DNA of 61,678 nucleotides from a virus. Shown one piece after another: positions 34,258 through 43,442 of this stretch (its first letter is position 1; every line of letters begins with the position of its first letter). The stretch is from IMG/VR virus record IMGVR_UViG_3300029713_000009. One strand, given 5' to 3'. Made by a program: the position numbers and the translations under genes. The notes below the pieces were generated by a model. It ran no database searches, was not told the origin of the DNA, and was given only the letters and a program-made list of their open reading frames with translations.

Positions 34258-34532
34258 AAAAGAAATTACACCCAACAAGCCAGTTTAAGAAAGATTTCAA
34301 ACGTATTCAGAAATTCCCCAAAAAAATCGCAGCTTTTGAATATATCGCAAATCTACTTATAAATGACCATCCGATTCCACAAGAATACAAACCTCACATG
34401 TTGAAAGGTGAGTATAAAGGGTGTATGGAATGCCATATAGAAGGAGATTTTCTTCTTATTTGGATTGACGGAGAAATAATCGACTTGCTTAGAATTGGTA
34501 GTCATTCCGAGTTGTTCGGGAAAAAGAGGTAG
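34254..34532 (+). CDS. yafQ: YafQ/RelE-family mRNA interferase toxin
   Basis: ..FKKDFKR....HMLKGEYKGCMECHIEGDFLLIW..L.RIGSHSELF matches the YafQ pattern. Confidence 0.75.
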   Translation: MKKKLHPTSQFKKDFKRIQKFPKKIAAFEYIANLLINDHPIPQEYKPHMLKGEYKGCMECHIEGDFLLIWIDGEIIDLLRIGSHSELFGKKR

Positions 34533-34656
34533 ACAAGGTTTGTACTACTTAAATTAAGAAATATGTTATCGAACATGTAATTTCCCCCTATACCATTTTC
34601 TTTTGTTAACATTATTATCTACCTTTGTCACATCATTAATTAAACTAAATCAAGTC

Positions 34657-35178
34657 ATGAAGAAAATATTGTTTGCTATAATTTGTATAGCTTTAATGGT
34701 ATGCTCTTGTTCGAAGGACGATCCTTTAAATCCAATAGATACTAATTTCCCTACAGAAGGAGAATACGGTATTATCTCAGTGGTAAACAATAATCATGAA
34801 GTTCAATACGACGGTCTTGCAGGAGCGTTAATATTGGAAGATCTTATCGTGCTAATGGCAAATAAAAAAGAAGATAAGGCCATAAGGCTAGGTTTTATAG
34901 GAAAAATGTCTAATGACTCTATTATAAATAATCTCACAGGGGAATATCTTGGCAGTTTTGATAAGAATAAGAAATCCTTGATTATAAATTATATAGACTC
35001 CAAAAAAGATCTATATATCATTGAACTTAAAAAGGATTTATATAAAAAAATGAACGGGGAAAAGACTAATCAGACATGTGTCAAAATAGGATGTAAGAAT
35101 AACACAGATAAAGGCAGTTTGTTTTGCGGCAATCATCATGGCAGTTATGACTTTCAAATACAAATTCCGGGATTATAA
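34657..35178 (+). CDS. Lipoprotein, unknown function
   Basis: MKKILFAIICIALMVCSC signal/lipobox; Cys/His cluster at the C-terminus. Confidence 0.6.
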   Translation: MKKILFAIICIALMVCSCSKDDPLNPIDTNFPTEGEYGIISVVNNNHEVQYDGLAGALILEDLIVLMANKKEDKAIRLGFIGKMSNDSIINNLTGEYLGSFDKNKKSLIINYIDSKKDLYIIELKKDLYKKMNGEKTNQTCVKIGCKNNTDKGSLFCGNHHGSYDFQIQIPGL

Positions 35179-35200
35179 TTTATTAAATTTATAATATCAA

Positions 35201-35644
35201 ATGAAGAAAACGTTTTTTTTTACTTTAATTTCTATTTTAATCAGTTCTTGTACAACTGTTAAATATTCAGAATATGGATATTCGCTAGATTATTCAAGTT
35301 ATACATCACAAGGTTTTTTCTTAACTGAGGCACCTTCTGTAAGTTTTAATTATGAACCTATAGGGTCTGTGATAGGAGTCTCTATTTCGGGATATGACAA
35401 AAACAAGTCTGAAAAAGAATCATACACAAAGACTCTTTCAGATGGAAGTAAAATTTATAATCCAAATTTTGGAAAAAATCAAACAAATTATATTTCAGCA
35501 AACTATGAAGGCGCATTGTCCCAATTAGTAAATGAAAGTAAAAAAATTGGAGCAAATGGAATTATAGGATTGAAATTCAATACTTCTATTATTGAAAACG
35601 GAAGATTAGAGATTAGGGCTTATGGAATGGCAATAAAAAAATAA
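35201..35644 (+). CDS. Lipoprotein with YbjQ (UPF0145)-like C-terminal region
   Basis: MKKTFFFTLISILISSC lipobox; ..GANGIIGLKFN....IRAYGMAIKK. Confidence 0.5.
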   Translation: MKKTFFFTLISILISSCTTVKYSEYGYSLDYSSYTSQGFFLTEAPSVSFNYEPIGSVIGVSISGYDKNKSEKESYTKTLSDGSKIYNPNFGKNQTNYISANYEGALSQLVNESKKIGANGIIGLKFNTSIIENGRLEIRAYGMAIKK

Positions 35645-35651
35645 CACCATC

Positions 35652-35692
35652 AAATCCCCTCCACCCAAAAGGCTCTGGAGGGGATTTTTATG
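35652..35692 (+). terminator. Intrinsic terminator
   Basis: AAATCCCCTCCA-CCCAAAAGGCTC-TGGAGGGGATTT then TTAT. Confidence 0.7.
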
Positions 35693-36045
35693 AGATTGCC
35701 ACATTTGTTGGCTAAGCAGTGTTTTTAAACAGACCTATTAGCCTAATAAAAAAGCCATACATTATTAACAATCAAAGATTTACCATCATATTTAATATTT
35801 GTTAGTTTTTTTAGCTAAAAAAATTTTGTTTGTTATCCAGTTTATCTCATCTTTGTGTCGAAAACAACAAAGATGAATGAATATGGGCACAGTCAAAAAC
35901 AGTAAGGACATGCGGCCCAAAGATGTTAATAGCAAAATTGTGACCGCAGCTTCAGAAAAGAAGGATACCCAAGTAAAGTTCAGATCCCTTACGTCTAAAG
36001 AGTTACTTGATAGAAGAATTGACATTTATCCTTATATGATTTGAA

Positions 36046-36564
36046 ATGAGTTTTTATTACCCTTATAGGTTTGTCCAGAATTTCGAAGGAAAGTCTGGAC
36101 ATCTTTTATCTAAAAGACTATATTCATTTAAATCTACCAAATCTAATCTTACTTATTGGGTCTGGGTGGAATTATATGATTATAATGTTTATGCTATAAA
36201 ATTCCATTTAAAAAATCATAGACACAGTAAAAGAAAGTATAATATACTATCTAGCACATTTGAGCCTAGAACGATAATACATACATGTATAAACATAATG
36301 CTTGACATATACCATCAAGATGATCATGCATCCTTTGGATTTATAGGCTCTAATTTGGACGAAGAGGGAATTGATAATACCAAAAGATTCCGTTTTTATA
36401 GCAAGATTATGGCAACCAATTTTTCTGATAAATATTTTCTACATACAGAACTAAAAGATAAAAGCGCATACTTAATGGTTAATAAAATCGAATTAGAGAA
36501 CAATCCTAATTTGATAAATGACATCCAAGATGCTTTTACAGAGCAATATGAATATTTCGATTAA
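36046..36564 (+). CDS. Hypothetical protein (orphan, A+T-rich region)
   Basis: 172-aa ORF; no motif recognised. Confidence 0.5.
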   Translation: MSFYYPYRFVQNFEGKSGHLLSKRLYSFKSTKSNLTYWVWVELYDYNVYAIKFHLKNHRHSKRKYNILSSTFEPRTIIHTCINIMLDIYHQDDHASFGFIGSNLDEEGIDNTKRFRFYSKIMATNFSDKYFLHTELKDKSAYLMVNKIELENNPNLINDIQDAFTEQYEYFD

Positions 36565-36654
36565 ACATATATCCCCTTGCTGTCTCACGACATGAGGGGG
36601 CTTATGAAAACTAAATCAAATCATGTCTATATTTTGTTTGAGCAACCATAATAA

Positions 36655-37395
36655 TCAAGCAACCCCTTTCTCTCTGATCATATTGGAGATAATATTGTAG
36701 ATATACTCAATAAAACGATGCTTCTCAGCGATATCCAAATTAGACTCTCCGTTTTTCTTCTTATAGCTACGAATAGATATATGATATAGATAGTACAATT
36801 GATCGTATATCTTGCGCCAAACATCCTGTTGTTTCACATTATGGGCGGAAGAGTATCTATTAACCATCTGTCTGATCTTATCTCTTAAACTCATTTCCGG
36901 TATCTTTTCCGTTGAAACAGGAATAGCCAAAAGGAGTTTTCCATTTTCTTCTCGTTCTTGTTCTATCGCTTCTATTCGTTTTTCCACATTGGATATCCTG
37001 TTCTCATATTCCAAGTTGATGTTAGCTTGCATGGCAAACATCTGTGCGGATGAAAGAGGTTTGCTTTGCTCTTTCAACGCTTTCTCCATTTCTTCGAAAG
37101 CGTCATAAAAATCATTCTTAAACCTTAGAGCCTTAATCCCGTTATATCCCATAACAAGGATAGAGAATCCTTTTCTATTCATAATGTATACAGGATTACT
37201 TTTCCCGGTAGAATCCTCATAAGTATCTATAACAAAGGCTAAACTCATTTTTGAGTTTAGTTCTTTATCCTCTGTATTAAGTAGTTTTTCTATGTCACGA
37301 ATAACATTGGCATGTCTTTTCCCAAACTTCTCTGCCACTAGCAAGCTATTAGTAACAACTTGCCCATTATTGCCTTTAAATACTAAACTATCCAT
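36655..37395 (-). CDS. Rha-family phage regulatory protein
   Basis: ..VVTNSLLVAEKFGKRHANVIRDIEKLL.. matches the Phage_pRha pattern. Confidence 0.75.
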   Translation of the reverse strand: MDSLVFKGNNGQVVTNSLLVAEKFGKRHANVIRDIEKLLNTEDKELNSKMSLAFVIDTYEDSTGKSNPVYIMNRKGFSILVMGYNGIKALRFKNDFYDAFEEMEKALKEQSKPLSSAQMFAMQANINLEYENRISNVEKRIEAIEQEREENGKLLLAIPVSTEKIPEMSLRDKIRQMVNRYSSAHNVKQQDVWRKIYDQLYYLYHISIRSYKKKNGESNLDIAEKHRFIEYIYNIISNMIREKGVA

Positions 37396-37426
37396 ATTAT
37401 TAAGTTTTTTAGCTATTAAAAATATT

Positions 37427-37759
37427 CTATATTGCTTGATTAGAATGTTCCCCTACAATTCCCTTCTTTTCTCTCCATTCGTCAGTCATGCATAGGGTGA
37501 ATGCACATAAATCAAATCCTTTTTTAATATAAGATGAGAAATCTACAAATACAAAGTATGGCATATAAGTAATACCATTTTCCTTAGATACAAAATCCTT
37601 AAACATACTTTGCTCCAGATATTCATCTATATCTGAATCGTAATCAGAAGAACCATTAATGCTGCGCAAATAACTATTTGCATTAAAGAATCCGTCACTT
37701 GTCCGCTGGGCAACATTAAAATCACCCATTTTCCGGATCATCTCTTGATTCGTCTTCAT
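37427..37759 (-). CDS. Hypothetical protein, weak KilA-N-like N-terminus
   Basis: ..FNVAQRTSDGFFNANSYL.. Confidence 0.4.
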   Translation of the reverse strand: MKTNQEMIRKMGDFNVAQRTSDGFFNANSYLRSINGSSDYDSDIDEYLEQSMFKDFVSKENGITYMPYFVFVDFSSYIKKGFDLCAFTLCMTDEWREKKGIVGEHSNQAI

Positions 37760-37775
37760 GAGCCTATTTTATTTA

Positions 37776-38543
37776 TTAACAAGCTTCCTTATTTCCTAAG
37801 AACTTATTCACGAAGTAAACTTGCCCTTTTCCGGTGACCTTCGGCGTGATAGTAGTATGTAACACCCCGTTATTACCAGATCTTACGCCTTTCTTCAACT
37901 CGAACAAGCCTTGCTCCACGTATTGCTGGTTAGGGATATTGTATCTCTCACCATGCTTTCCGAGATATCCGTTGTCACGCATCCATGCGAACAACCTTTT
38001 CTCCCCAATAGAATATCCGTTTTGAGCGATCAGCTTGGCGAGCTCACCGATCAGGCAGGAACTGTTCGCTGATTGAACGGCCTTCGTGAAAGCCACGGCG
38101 GGAGCGGCCTCAGTTACTTTCCGCTCGGCCTCGATACGCTTTTGTTGTTCCTCTTTAAGGTTTGTGGCCAACTGGATCAAGAAATCGGGCGAGGTCAAGG
38201 CTTTCTCCAATGTGTCGTTTGTCATATACGCTCCATGTTTACGGATGGAAGGGAGAACCTCTCCGCATACCCAGTCTTGGAATGGTTCGGCTTGCGGCTT
38301 GTCGGATCGCATGATTACCTTGTAGAGATTCTTTTCATTGACAAAATTCATTTGCTGTTCTCTACCGATTGAATCGGTGACCCCAATCCGAATGGGGGCA
38401 TCCGTCAGTCTTGATTGTACAGCGTCTACACGTAATCCTAAAATTTTGCAAACATCCGCAAGGCAAAATAAAGGGTTCTCACTTGTCCCGGCTACTCTCA
38501 CTTCACCGAAACGATCGTTCTCAAAAATTTTAATTGCTTCCAT
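37776..38543 (-). CDS. Bro-N / KilAC (ANT) antirepressor-like protein
   Basis: ..FGEVRVAGTSENPLFCLADVCKILGL.. and ..IGELAKLIAQNGYSIGEKRLFAWMRDNGYL.. Confidence 0.8.
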   Translation of the reverse strand: MEAIKIFENDRFGEVRVAGTSENPLFCLADVCKILGLRVDAVQSRLTDAPIRIGVTDSIGREQQMNFVNEKNLYKVIMRSDKPQAEPFQDWVCGEVLPSIRKHGAYMTNDTLEKALTSPDFLIQLATNLKEEQQKRIEAERKVTEAAPAVAFTKAVQSANSSCLIGELAKLIAQNGYSIGEKRLFAWMRDNGYLGKHGERYNIPNQQYVEQGLFELKKGVRSGNNGVLHTTITPKVTGKGQVYFVNKFLGNKEAC

Positions 38544-38744
38544 ATCTTAAAATTTTAATTGTTCAAAATATTTTCTCCCGCAATTTTAGCCATAAGATCA
38601 AAACGACTTTGTTATTTTGATTACTTCGGCACCTCTTAATGAAAAAGCCTCCCCGACACGAGCCACAACACATCGTATCAAGGAGGCTGTTAGCGACCGC
38701 TGTCGCCCAAAATCTTCCTAGCCTGTTGTGGTAGGCTGACCAGT

Positions 38745-38833
38745 AAAAACAAAAAGAGCCATACCCCATAGACGTGACTCTATCGGGTATGGCTCTAAGG
38801 CTCTACTGTCTTCTTGTATGTCCAGCAAATATA
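38745..38833 (-). promoter_or_regulatory. Promoter-hairpin-U-tract cassette a
   Basis: Minus strand TATATTTG-21 nt-AGAGCCTTAG-AGAGCCATACCCGATAGA-GTCACG-TCTATGGGGTATGGCTCT-TTTTGTTTTT. Confidence 0.6.
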
Positions 38834-38858
38834 ATAAAAGGATTCGGTATATCAAAAA

Positions 38859-41800
38859 CTATTCCCGCATTTTTCTTCGCTTATACTCTTGAAAAGCAGC
38901 GTCATCGTTAGATCTCTTGATAGTTCTCCCTAAATCATAAATAGCGGCTTCAATCCTTTGGTTCGCTCTGATTATCCCTTCAGTGTCAAAATTATTGACG
39001 ATCTGAACCGGCTCGCCTTTCTTATTGTGTGTAAGCCAATACGTGTTATCCACGAAGCGGCTAAGGAAGGCCGGATCATTGAGATCCGGAACGACCTCGG
39101 CTCCCGCAGGCAATGACAGCAGGGTGGGCTTATCCGGGGTAATGTACGCTTTATCTCCTACCAATACCGCCTCGCTACGGCCTCCATCGCCAACGATTGC
39201 CAGACCGCCGGGGTGATTGTCGGTACCATGGGCGTATTTGGGGATGGGCTGGGCTATGATCGTGGCGAGTTGCACGGCTCCGGTAGCCGCTATCATAGCT
39301 GCAAAGATAGCTCCAGTGATAGGTCCCGTTTCTTTGTAAGCTACCATTATCGCCCGTGCCGTGGCCGCAATAGTCTGAGCTATATCTATAGACTTCTGGA
39401 ACTTGGCCTGTCTAGTCTGCAACTCAGCTTTTTTCTTCTCCAGTTCCTTGTTCTTGCGGCTGGTCTCTTCCTCCGCCGCACGCTTGCGGGCCTCGGCCTC
39501 CTCTGTCGTTATTATATCTTTCTCGGCAAGAGCGTCTATAGTCTCAACCTTAGCGTCATACTCCTCTTGGTTGGCCTCTATTTCCGCATCTACATTATCT
39601 ATTTGACGTTGGAATAATGAATTACCGATTGATATGATAGCAGAGATCGATTCTTGTATCAAGCGCTTTTTAGCCTGTTCTACTTTTTTTCGCCCCTCTT
39701 CCTCTCGTTTGGCATCCTCTATGATTTTATCGCTGGTCTCTTTAGATAACTGAACACGGAGGCGAGCGATCTCCTTCTCTTTCTCTAGCCTCTCATCGCC
39801 TTCAAACAAATAAAGATTTGATTCAAGTATACTTAATTGACTTTGTAATGACTCCATAGCATACTGATGCTCCAGATCCGATTTCTGTTTCTCATACTCT
39901 TTTTTCTTGATAATCCCTTGCTCATATTGTTTAGTCAAGGCATTAAGCTCTTCGTTTATCTCTATCTGTCTTTGAGAAAGGAGTATCTCGTTCTGAGACT
40001 GCTCCGTAGACATAAGACGTTTTCCGTAATCATTGTATAGAGTCTCTATTTGCTTTAGATACTTTTCCTCTATCAACGCCCTGTCTTGGCCTGTTTTGTC
40101 CGCCTCTCTTAATTCTTTATCCTTTTGTAGTTGCAATATATCCAAGCGAGCGTCAAGCTCTTGCAAACTTCCCTTTTCTGCAATCGCAAGACGATTTTGA
40201 GCCTCCTCATTAGCTCTTTGCTCCGAGATCTTACGATCGAATTCCGCCAACTTCTTGCTTCTCTCAGCCTCAATAGCCTCTATTTGCTCATTAACCCTTA
40301 CGCCTTTCGTCTTTACGTCATCGATACGTTTTTGGAAAGATTGCTCCAAGAGAAGACGGTCTTTCTTATACCCCTCATCCATCACATTAAGACGAGCCTC
40401 CTGAATATTCCGTTCGGCCTCCATCTCTAATTTCTCCCTACGCTTGGCCTCTCGTTCTATTTGCTCCTGCTGTCGTTTAAGTTTCTCCTCGTTAGAGGAT
40501 TCTCTTATACCTGCGCTCTCTAATTCACTCCTTGCGGCTTCCATCTGCTTTTTGTTATAGTTGAAATAAGCGAATCCTGCCTCATCAAGAGCATCAGCTT
40601 GATCATTCAAAGATTTAACATCCACTTCTATAGCCTTCGCATTCTCCTCAGCAAGTTCTTTCACTGATTTTACGCCAAATCTAGTATCTTGCATAACAGC
40701 CGTAGCCGCATATTGCCCTTTTTCTCTTGCCTCATCTGCTTTTTTTTGTAGATTTTCGGCTTCAATCCTTTTTTGTAAAGCCTCAGCATATTTTTCTTGA
40801 GCTAATTTTTGCGCAGCCGTTGCTTGCGCTCTCAAAGCCATTGCTTTAACAAAAGCATCCGTATTATCTACTAGCAGATTCTCAGCGTCATTAACATCCG
40901 TAACTGACACATCTAATTTCTTAAACTCAGAGGCGTTATCAATGATAAACTGCTTCTGCTTATTGAGATTATCTCCTAAATTATTCCATTCCGCTTGCAG
41001 GTTGCGTAATGTTACAAGATTCTCCCCATATGATGATGTCGAGTTCTTTAAAGCCTTGGCATAATCCCCGGTGGATGAATTCAAGTCTCTCTGGGCTTCC
41101 GAAGCGGCCTTAGCCGAGCTAGAGGATGACAATAAGTTTTTACCCCACTCAAAGATATCCTTACCATATACGGTAAGTAGAGTTATACCAACCGACAACA
41201 AGGTATTCCAAGACAAAGCGGACTTAGCTATCTGCTTCCACACGGGAACACCTTTCAATCCCTCCTCCCTTAAGGCGGCGTTCTCCTTCCTTATCCGAGA
41301 TATTTGGTCGACCAATATAGGGATATTGTTAGAGATAGCGAGAAAGCCGGTCTGTAGAGATACCGAGAATGCGGGAAACTCACGGGTTAATTGATTGATT
41401 GCGTTTCCCATTCCATCCCATGTGGAGACATAATTACCCACGTTTCTCTGATGCTGTCCCAGACTTTTATCAACAGATTTTACCTGAGTGTCCAAAGCCG
41501 CTATATTCTTTTGCAACTCTACTCCTAACTTGCTGTTAGCGGCTTCCGTGGAAAGCATCCGATACGCCTTTCTCAGCCTCTCCAATTGCAACGATTGCTC
41601 TTGATAACTATCGTTGGCAGAGTTGATCATTTTTGTCTCATTCGTAAGAATGTTCAACAGTTCTCTCAAGGATTCTCGATGAAGCAATTCTGCCCTTACC
41701 AGATCCTGCCTCTTTTGCACGGCATCTTTAGTTGAGATAGCCCCGCTTTTCTCCATTTTATTCAATTGGCTTTTCTCCTTGGATAGTTGGGCCAATATCG

Positions 41801-42284
41801 TCCTTTCTTGAGCGACCCTGCGTATATTCTCCTCCCTAGATCCCAATGTCTGGTCAATGAGTCCCTTCAATTCCTGACTTATGACAACCTCTTGTTGCTT
41901 GGCTTTCATGTTCTCCGAGATAGCGTTTGATTCCTTGGCCATGGAAGAGGATGATTGATCTAAACTATTTTGAACTTTCCCAGCCGCTTCCGCATATCTC
42001 TTGTTAACCTCTATCAGCTCATCAATCTTTCTCTTGTACTGGTCATTGGTCTTATTGAGAGTGTCAATCGTGCTTTTAAGCGCTGATACATTTTTCTTGT
42101 ACTCCTCGATCTTGGCGTTCAACTCTGACAAGCTTGAGGGATTTATCGTCAACCCTTTCCCTATCTCTTTTACCAACCCGATATAGACATTCTGCGTATC
42201 CGCTAATTTCCTATCCAGACGCTCCAGTTGATCAAACGCCTCTTTCCCTACTATATCAGTGATCTTAGTCTCGTTTCCCGCCAT
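38859..42284 (-). CDS. Tape measure protein
   Basis: 1141 aa, long coiled coil, hydrophobic segments and ..GGLAIVGDGGRSEAV.. C-terminal region. Confidence 0.85.
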   Translation of the reverse strand: MAGNETKITDIVGKEAFDQLERLDRKLADTQNVYIGLVKEIGKGLTINPSSLSELNAKIEEYKKNVSALKSTIDTLNKTNDQYKRKIDELIEVNKRYAEAAGKVQNSLDQSSSSMAKESNAISENMKAKQQEVVISQELKGLIDQTLGSREENIRRVAQERTILAQLSKEKSQLNKMEKSGAISTKDAVQKRQDLVRAELLHRESLRELLNILTNETKMINSANDSYQEQSLQLERLRKAYRMLSTEAANSKLGVELQKNIAALDTQVKSVDKSLGQHQRNVGNYVSTWDGMGNAINQLTREFPAFSVSLQTGFLAISNNIPILVDQISRIRKENAALREEGLKGVPVWKQIAKSALSWNTLLSVGITLLTVYGKDIFEWGKNLLSSSSSAKAASEAQRDLNSSTGDYAKALKNSTSSYGENLVTLRNLQAEWNNLGDNLNKQKQFIIDNASEFKKLDVSVTDVNDAENLLVDNTDAFVKAMALRAQATAAQKLAQEKYAEALQKRIEAENLQKKADEAREKGQYAATAVMQDTRFGVKSVKELAEENAKAIEVDVKSLNDQADALDEAGFAYFNYNKKQMEAARSELESAGIRESSNEEKLKRQQEQIEREAKRREKLEMEAERNIQEARLNVMDEGYKKDRLLLEQSFQKRIDDVKTKGVRVNEQIEAIEAERSKKLAEFDRKISEQRANEEAQNRLAIAEKGSLQELDARLDILQLQKDKELREADKTGQDRALIEEKYLKQIETLYNDYGKRLMSTEQSQNEILLSQRQIEINEELNALTKQYEQGIIKKKEYEKQKSDLEHQYAMESLQSQLSILESNLYLFEGDERLEKEKEIARLRVQLSKETSDKIIEDAKREEEGRKKVEQAKKRLIQESISAIISIGNSLFQRQIDNVDAEIEANQEEYDAKVETIDALAEKDIITTEEAEARKRAAEEETSRKNKELEKKKAELQTRQAKFQKSIDIAQTIAATARAIMVAYKETGPITGAIFAAMIAATGAVQLATIIAQPIPKYAHGTDNHPGGLAIVGDGGRSEAVLVGDKAYITPDKPTLLSLPAGAEVVPDLNDPAFLSRFVDNTYWLTHNKKGEPVQIVNNFDTEGIIRANQRIEAAIYDLGRTIKRSNDDAAFQEYKRRKMRE

Positions 42285-42861
42285 AATTCCTAATATCCTC
42301 TAATTGGTTAAACATAATCCTTATCATATTCCCGTACTCGGCCGCGGTGAACGTGTCTGGATCGATACGCATCTTGAAATAGGTGGACACGATCATCCTC
42401 TCACGGGTGAAATCTTTATCCTTGGGGTCTACCACCTTAGACTTGTTCCTATCCAGAACGCTCAGGCTATATTTCACCTGCGACATCTTGGACTGGATTC
42501 TCTTTTTAGCGACGATCAGGTCTTGCTCTCCCGGCTCCTCCGGCATGCGGATACCTACCCTGCCAAGAATATCCGAAGCATCAGCGTACATCATAGCGTC
42601 TATCAAATGATCCGCTGACTCCAACAGGATAAGCTTGATATTGCAATCCACCGCCCTTGACCGATCCTCTATCTCGATAGCGATATTCTTGTTTCCGGTT
42701 ATAACGGAATACTCGTCGATAAGCCCCATCGCCGCTTTCCTTAACTCCCCATCGGTGGGCTTGGTCCTCCCTCCTTTTATAAGGGCGTTAAGATTTCCCT
42801 TGTACATCTCTATGAACTTGCATAGAGGTATCTCATCGCATGTCGTGTAATATGATCCCAT
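42265..42861 (-). CDS. Tail assembly protein (chaperone candidate, by position)
   Basis: 198 aa from ATG 42861; the track start 42897 lies in the hairpin; overlaps the tape measure start by 20 nt. Confidence 0.45.
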   Translation of the reverse strand: MGSYYTTCDEIPLCKFIEMYKGNLNALIKGGRTKPTDGELRKAAMGLIDEYSVITGNKNIAIEIEDRSRAVDCNIKLILLESADHLIDAMMYADASDILGRVGIRMPEEPGEQDLIVAKKRIQSKMSQVKYSLSVLDRNKSKVVDPKDKDFTRERMIVSTYFKMRIDPDTFTAAEYGNMIRIMFNQLEDIRNYGGKRD

Positions 42862-42879
42862 AAAATTAGCTTTAATCAT

Positions 42880-42969
42880 AAACAAAAAGAGCCACACCCC
42901 ATAGACGTGACTCTATCGGGTATGGCTCTTAGGCTCTAAATTATCTGTTTTATATTATCCCCAAATATA
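42880..42969 (-). promoter_or_regulatory. Promoter-hairpin-U-tract cassette b
   Basis: TATATTTG-24 nt-AGAGCCTAAG-hairpin-TTTTTGTTTATG; 54/56 identical to cassette a. Confidence 0.6.
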
Positions 42970-43003
42970 GGAATAATAAACTATCATGCATCTATTTAAG
43001 GAT

Positions 43004-43035
43004 AAAAAAACGACCCGAACACAAATTCGGATCGT
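43004..43035 (-). terminator. Intrinsic terminator ending the fibre-2 module
   Basis: Minus strand ACGATCCGAA-TTTGTG-TTCGGGTCGT followed by TTTTTTT. Confidence 0.65.
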
Positions 43036-43062
43036 CTCCTTCACTAAAGACGAACAAAGAAA

Positions 43063-43233
43063 TCAATCCTTGCTCCAATTTCCGTAACAATCTTGGCTAT
43101 AACCCTCTCCTTCCAAGGTATCATGCGCCTCTTGAATGTCATTCTCCCTTATATCATCATAAGCGTAAAAAGTCCCATACTCGCCACCGTTCTCTATAAC
43201 ATCCATGGCTTCATCTACATCATAAGGTTTCAT
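43063..43233 (-). CDS. Small acidic hypothetical protein
   Basis: 56-aa ORF below the track cutoff; followed by its own terminator. Confidence 0.4.
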   Translation of the reverse strand: MKPYDVDEAMDVIENGGEYGTFYAYDDIRENDIQEAHDTLEGEGYSQDCYGNWSKD

Positions 43234-43323
43234 AAGCTTTCATTTTAAAGTTAACATCACAATGTTACGAAATCATATGACAAAACACAAGAATCCTAGG
43301 ATGTTTGACAACATTGTCATACA

Positions 43324-43431
43324 TCATACCCCTGCCGGTGACACGAAGTCCATCGCCGTGACTACGGCGGCTATGGCAATGGACTTTAACCAGTTGGCGA
43401 GGTCTGATATGTAGGAGAGGTAACGGTACAT
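43324..43431 (-). pseudogene. Truncated copy of the holin-like gene 23706-24197
   Basis: 35 codons, MYRYLSYISDLANWLKSIAIAAVVTAMDFVSPAGV*; 19/35 identical to the N-terminus of the 163-aa protein. Confidence 0.6.
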
Positions 43432-43442
43432 ATGAGAATTAA

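Noticed and set aside
38563-38769. 68-aa - strand ORF between the tape measure gene and the Bro-N gene.
   Set aside because: Its start codon lies inside hairpin a, and the peptide is Cys/Trp/Arg-rich and low-complexity. It is probably untranslated leader.
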